Assembly: GCA_963788655.1 (NCBI GenBank)
Contig: CAWBHS010000091.1
Location: 1 to 57,449, forward strand
Direction: 5' to 3'
Source: an uncultured Verrucomicrobiae bacterium
GTDB lineage: Bacteria; Verrucomicrobiota; Verrucomicrobiia; Limisphaerales; JAFGQR01
DNA length: 57,449 bases
Part shown: positions 52,884 through 57,449 of the stretch, in pieces
Numbering within the stretch: position 1 is the stretch's first letter
Layout: each line of letters starts with the position of its first letter
The notes under the pieces: generated by a model
The model's input: the letters and a program-made list of their open reading frames with translations, nothing else
Databases searched by the model: none
Told to the model about the DNA's origin: nothing
Position numbers and translations under genes: made by a program

Positions 52884-52958
52884 GTCCGAGCTTCGAGCGA
52901 AATCCGAACTCCGAAGGCCGAACTCCGAATGAACTCCAAAGTCCGAAGGTCCGAATTC
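52884..52958. repeat. TCCGAA-type heptamer array
   Basis: aaatccgaactccgaaggccgaactccgaatgaactccaaagtccgaaggtccgaattcc. Confidence 0.75.
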
Positions 52959-53049
52959 CCCAGCGTTCGGTTCGATGATTCGTGTTGAGTCGTGTCCATT
53001 CGTGGTTTGCAGCGTAAATTTCCCGCGGCAGCTTATTGGCTCATGGAAG

Positions 53050-53289
53050 CTATAGCAGATGCCGGCGGCCCTTTCGGCCGGGCCGACTGGGCTTGGCGGG
53101 AGCAAGCGAAAACGCCTGAGGATTGCTCACCGTACGCTGGCCCAGCGAGGTTGAACACTTGGCGCACAGGTATTCAAACAGTTCGCCGGATGGCAATACC
53201 AACAGCAACCGCTGCCGCACCGGCTGCGAGCGCTTGCACTTCGGGCAATACAACTCACTGGCTACAAAGTCGCCAAATTGACTGGGCAT
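53050..53289 (-). CDS. Small Zn-ribbon protein
   Basis: LYCPKCK..QPVR..LLLVLP.G....YLCAKC: two CxxC pairs. Confidence 0.75.
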   Translation of the reverse strand: MPSQFGDFVASELYCPKCKRSQPVRQRLLLVLPSGELFEYLCAKCSTSLGQRTVSNPQAFSLAPAKPSRPGRKGRRHLL

Positions 53290-53331
53290 AAATCAGCAAT
53301 TCTTGAGGCTCTCCCGACCGGGCTGGCTTCC

Positions 53332-54282
53332 TTACGTGTTGGCGTCCTTGTGACGGACTTGCACCTCGGTGATTTCGCTGAACGGAATCTCCACGTCAGT
53401 CGAGGCCTCGCCCTTTTTGACCAGGAAGGAAAGTTCGTTGGCTTGGATGCGGCTGATTCGCGTAGCGACGTAGTTTCCCCGCGCCGACACCACGCAAAGT
53501 ACCATGTCTTTCTCCGCTTCATTGGGAACGACTTTCAGAAACGACGCCAGTTTGGTTTCGAAGAAGCGGCGATTGAAGGTAGTCTGCGGCCGCCGATAGA
53601 TGGTGGGCGGTGGCGGACCGCCGGGAGCCAGAGGTGCGGCCGCCGCTTCCGCTTCTTCTTCGGCATCCCGGAACATCGGGCCCTTGGCGGGAACGGCAAT
53701 GGGTTCCGGCGGCGGTGGTGGTTCTTCCTCTTCGATGACTTCCTCAAAATAAGTCGGCAGGCAGAGGAAAATCACGGGACCGATAATGGGCGCAATCGCG
53801 GCAATCCCGCCCACCATGGCGGGATGATAATTCCGGTACCGGCCAATTTCCCATCCCGCATAGATGTTGGCCGCGTAAATCAACAGCAACACTGCCAGGC
53901 TCAGCGGTGAGGAAAAAACGGCCCCCAAGCCCGTCTCTGCCGACGGACGCGTCAGGCGTGGCACTGATTTAAGCGTGACCTTGGGCGTGGTCGGAATGGG
54001 CTCCAACTCCACGTCCTCTTCGATCAACGGCTCGGCAAAGGGTTGGGCTGCTTCGTATTTCATGAGCTTCTTCAGCGCCGATTGCGAGAACTTGGTCCAG
54101 CCGACCCGCGGGGCGAAGGTCTTGTCACTTCGCTTCACCACCACTCCCTCGCCATTGAAGGAAACCGGCTCGCCATCCAGAGTGGAGCCGTTCAACAGCT
54201 TGAAGCTCTCCGCCAGGGCTGCGTGCGCAAAAAACAAGCCCAGCATGACTAATAACAATCTCAATGCCATTCGGCGAATCAT
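53332..54282 (-). CDS. Hypothetical membrane protein (signal peptide, SHD1-like exported domain, 2 TMs, cytoplasmic domain)
   Basis: Intact 316 aa ORF with clear hydrophobic segments and a Pro/Glu-rich linker. Confidence 0.75.
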   Translation of the reverse strand: MIRRMALRLLLVMLGLFFAHAALAESFKLLNGSTLDGEPVSFNGEGVVVKRSDKTFAPRVGWTKFSQSALKKLMKYEAAQPFAEPLIEEDVELEPIPTTPKVTLKSVPRLTRPSAETGLGAVFSSPLSLAVLLLIYAANIYAGWEIGRYRNYHPAMVGGIAAIAPIIGPVIFLCLPTYFEEVIEEEEPPPPPEPIAVPAKGPMFRDAEEEAEAAAAPLAPGGPPPPTIYRRPQTTFNRRFFETKLASFLKVVPNEAEKDMVLCVVSARGNYVATRISRIQANELSFLVKKGEASTDVEIPFSEITEVQVRHKDANT

Positions 54283-54426
54283 GGACTTTAAATAGCAAAG
54301 CCGGCTTTTCAGGGGAAGCTATTTTCCTCTATGCACCGACAATCGGCGCAAATTGAAGTTGTAGGTGATGTCGCCCCGTTTCGGCGCTTGGCAGCGGCAG
54401 GGAAGCCGATAGACTGGAACCACATC

Positions 54427-55905
54427 ATGAAACGAACGCATTGGCCCGTGCTTCTGCTGCTGTTGCTTGCGTCCACCCTTTGGGCTCAGGCAGCGGCGGA
54501 TGCCCCCAAATCCCGGCGGCCGTCTGCTTACGCCGCAGCAGGGTTGGCCACGCGTGTCCTGCTCGATGAACAAGGGCGAGAGATCATTCCGGGCGGCTAT
54601 GTTGTCATCACCGAGGACTCGAAAGGAACCATCAGTTACACCCCGGACGATTACCGGCGCATGGTCCGCATGGGGGCCAATGTTCAGGTGATCCGCACAA
54701 CGCTCGGACGGCTGGGTGGTTGGCCGGGTAGGAAGGCGGACCCCAAGTATTTTGAGCAACTCGATGCCATGGTCCGCATGGGCCGGGAGGCCGGCCTCAA
54801 GACCGTTTTCAAGCTGGTCGTTTACGACATTCGGCCCTTTGGTCACCAACAATGGGAAGCGATTTGGCGCAATTCCGGTGGCAGTCAGGACGCGCTACTG
54901 GCGGCCTGGACCATGGTTTGGATTCGCTACCAGGACGAACCATCGGTCTTCGGCTATGACTTGCTCAACGAGCCGCAACGCGGCCTCGATCCCAACGAAG
55001 AACACTGCTGCCGCGAATACCTGCTCCCGACGTTGCGCCGACTGGCCGACGCGATGCACGCCATCAGCCCCGGCAAGTGGGCCCTCTACCAGCCGCTGTA
55101 CCGAGAGAATGGCCTCGGGACTGGCCGGTTCGAGCCAATGAAAGAGCCGTTTGGACGCGACCGCGTCATTTATGCGCCCCACCTTTACGCCATGAATCTG
55201 GCGGTGATGACCCGAACCCTCGACCGCTATGAACGCGAGGCCCAGCTTTCTCAAGCCCCGCTCCTGCTCGGTGAATGGGGGCCGGCAACGGATCTGGCGG
55301 CGGATGCCAGTCCGGAAAGGCAGGCGATCTACTCCAAGGTTTACGAAGCGACCGCCATTGCGTTCGACCAGCGTGGTGTCGGTGCGATCAAAGCCTGGTT
55401 TTGCGGCACGCGGGCGCCGTTAAGAGCGAAGAATCGGCCGGCGCCGTTCACCTGGGCGATCTTCTCGGACACCAATGCCGTTGGGCACGTCGAGCGGAAA
55501 TACATCACCGACGTGCTGGCCCGTCCCCGCCCGCTGGCCGTCGCCGGTAGGCTCGGACGCTACGGATACGACTTCACCGCGCGCACCCTGAAGGTGAGCC
55601 TTAAACCAGATGCCGCGCTCGGCAGCACGGTCCTCTTCGTGCCGGCGAAGCGCTTTTATCCCGACGGCTTTCGCTTGGAGTTGGATGGGGACTTGGTGCT
55701 GGCCTGGGAACCAGGCGAGGCGCAACTGCGCACGGTCCAAGCCGCCAACGACAACAGCCGCGAGCAGGCGCGCCTGGTGCATTGGGATGCCGAGTCGCAG
55801 CACCTCGTCATCCAGCAGTGGACCGTCACGGCACCTGAACTGACGGTGACAATTAGGCCACTGTTAGCGCCGCCGATGTTGCCCATACCCGTTTCCAGCC
55901 CTTGA
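54427..55905 (+). CDS. GH5 family glycoside hydrolase (endoglycoceramidase-like)
   Basis: Signal peptide from ATG 54427; GYDLLNEP, IYAPHLY, LLGEWG, ARPRPLAVAG C-terminal domain. Confidence 0.85.
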   Translation: MKRTHWPVLLLLLLASTLWAQAAADAPKSRRPSAYAAAGLATRVLLDEQGREIIPGGYVVITEDSKGTISYTPDDYRRMVRMGANVQVIRTTLGRLGGWPGRKADPKYFEQLDAMVRMGREAGLKTVFKLVVYDIRPFGHQQWEAIWRNSGGSQDALLAAWTMVWIRYQDEPSVFGYDLLNEPQRGLDPNEEHCCREYLLPTLRRLADAMHAISPGKWALYQPLYRENGLGTGRFEPMKEPFGRDRVIYAPHLYAMNLAVMTRTLDRYEREAQLSQAPLLLGEWGPATDLAADASPERQAIYSKVYEATAIAFDQRGVGAIKAWFCGTRAPLRAKNRPAPFTWAIFSDTNAVGHVERKYITDVLARPRPLAVAGRLGRYGYDFTARTLKVSLKPDAALGSTVLFVPAKRFYPDGFRLELDGDLVLAWEPGEAQLRTVQAANDNSREQARLVHWDAESQHLVIQQWTVTAPELTVTIRPLLAPPMLPIPVSSP

Positions 55906-55964
55906 TGATAATAATTGGGCATGAGGCATAGCGCCTGCACCTGCGAGCCGGTTTTACTGAGGAA

Positions 55965-56162
55965 AGTCCCGTAGAGACGGCCGACGATAGCCCACCATTC
56001 CAATGGGTGTCGAAGTTTTGTGAATCCAAAGCCCCAGAGGGGTGGAAATAATCATCCGGTAAGCGGAATGTGTTCTTTCGTCTTTGCCGGGAATCTTTTC
56101 CCTTTTCACACGAATTCCCAGCGATGAATCGCTGGGCTATTCTCTTTCGCCCTACCGGGCTG
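55965..56162. repeat. About 200 bp REP/MITE-like element (class B related)
   Basis: Left gtcccgtagagacg..gatagcccacc and right cccagcgatgaatcgctgggctattc..gccctaccgggct are imperfect inverted ends. Confidence 0.55.
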
Positions 56163-56179
56163 CGAAATGGCAGCCGCAC

Positions 56180-56318
56180 GACCAGCGCCCAGTCCGAGCC
56201 GAACGCATTGGCCGACATGCAGAGCACCAGCACGCGCGAGTGCTCCAGCCCTTCCTCGATCTTCGCCGGGATGCTGTCGCCGGGCTTGAGCACCCATTCA
56301 TCGAACCACACCTTCAGC
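56180..56318 (-). pseudogene. TIR-domain fragment
   Basis: LKVWFDEWVLKPGDSIPAKIEEGLEHSRVLVLCMSANAFGSDWA, cut at both ends. Confidence 0.8.
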
Positions 56319-57449
56319 CTTGTCATTACCCAGATCTTTCCGTTGCTTTGTTTAGGGTAATCGCGTAAGATATAATAACTTATAACTTTATTTTTAGAAC
56401 CCACTGTCACACTGGGCTCATGACTAATTCCTTATTAATGCCAGTTCAGTGGGCTAACTCGAATTTGGATTCGCCCAACTGGGCGACCAACGCCGGACCA
56501 AGCGCCTTGTGAACATCGCCCAACGCCTGGCCGCCAATCCTGGCGGCACTTTGCCCCAAGCCTTTTCGGGCTGGGACGAACTCAAAGCCGCCTATCGCTT
56601 CTTGGATGGCCCCGGCGTGAGCTTCAGAAATCCTGACCCCCCACTGGGAACGGACCCGGGCCGCCTGTCGGAAACCGGACGAATATTTGCTCATCGAAGA
56701 CACCACCCTGTTGGATTATTCCCGCCACCCCGCCGCCCCCGACTTGGGCCCCATCGGCGACGGTCAGGGCCGCGGGTTTGAACTGCACAGCAATCTGGCC
56801 GTCCGGGGGCGCGGACAAGCAGCACTGTTGGCCCAACAACCCGACCGCGGTGCCTTGGGGCCAGCTGCTGCCTGTTCCCGCCTTCGACCGGCGGGGGGAA
56901 CCGCGGCGCAGCGTTGGCATCGCCCCCGCAAGTCGCAGCGCTGGGCCGCGGGGCTCAAGGCGGTGGGCGCGCCGCCCGCCGGCTGCCACTGGATTTACCT
57001 GGCCGATCGCGAAGCGGACTTTTACGAGCCGATCCACACCTGCCTGCAACACCGGATTGATTTCATAATTCGCGCGAGTCATGATCGGCGCTTAGCCGAA
57101 GCCGCCGGCCATCTCAAGGAAACCTTAGCCCAGGCCCCGGTGCTGGGGCAGACCACGGTGGAACTGCGCGCGCGTCCCGGCCAACCGGCGCGCACGGCAA
57201 TCGTGGAGATTCGCCGGGGGCGCGTGGATCTGGACGGACCGTGGCGTCCGGGGGGGGCTGGCAGCCCGCGTTGACGGGGATCACGGCCGTGGAGGTGCGT
57301 GAGGTGCATGCGCCCAAGGGCATCACCGAGCCGTTGCACTGGGTCTTATTGACCTCGCTGCCCTGTGACACATGGGCGGCGGTGCAGCGGGTGGTGGGGC
57401 GGTACGCCGCGCGCTGGTGGATCGAAGAGTATCACAAGGCGCTCAAGAC
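56319..57449 (+). mobile_element. IS4-family (IS50/Tn5-like) element, partial, runs off window
   Basis: Probable left end cttgtcattacccagatct at the TIR breakpoint, followed by the transposase. Confidence 0.75.
56420..57449 (+). CDS. IS4 (Tn5-like) transposase, frameshifted and partial
   Basis: QLGDQRRTKRLV..LKAAYRFL, IEDTT, ADREADFYE, WVLLTSL, YAARWWIEEYHKALK. Confidence 0.9.

Overview
About 57 kb of GC-rich bacterial DNA. Gene content and the many intergenic palindrome and heptamer repeats suggest Verrucomicrobiota (inference). Many genes carry single-base frameshifts, often in homopolymers, most likely long-read consensus errors. Layout: (1) 0.6-9.3 kb is a defence-like island: Hen1 RNA 2'-O-methyltransferase with no Pnkp partner and a palindromic element in its linker; an IS4 element that truncates an OB-fold-like gene next to a wHTH-DUF488 gene; and a two-gene module encoding a degenerate CHAT (caspase-like) domain fused to a transglutaminase/papain-like domain, followed by an alpha/beta-hydrolase. 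That module is the best candidate for an undescribed system. (2) 10-16 kb is accessory: double MBL hydrolase, APC-USP transporter, ECF sigma remnant. (3) 16.5-29 kb is core: hemE-hemN-hemG-hemH plus a translationally coupled stand-alone GltD-like oxidoreductase, ftsB-like, purU, TolC, argJ, argC. (4) 29-35 kb is accessory: gene remnants, Uma2, GH43, exported HEAT-repeat protein. (5) 35.5-48.4 kb holds rsfS, a SLOG protein, DUF5069, a SET-domain gene, corA, a PAS kinase/sigma54 regulator pair, a GT-C glycosyltransferase and an EPS export cassette (beta-barrel, Wzc, short Wza, FHA). (6) 48.4-57.4 kb holds GH39, DUF883, DUF1080, fmt, a Zn-finger gene, a membrane protein, GH5, a TIR remnant and a second IS4 (Tn5-like) element. 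I recognised no rRNA, tRNA or CRISPR array. All family calls come from motif recognition by eye; no searches were run.
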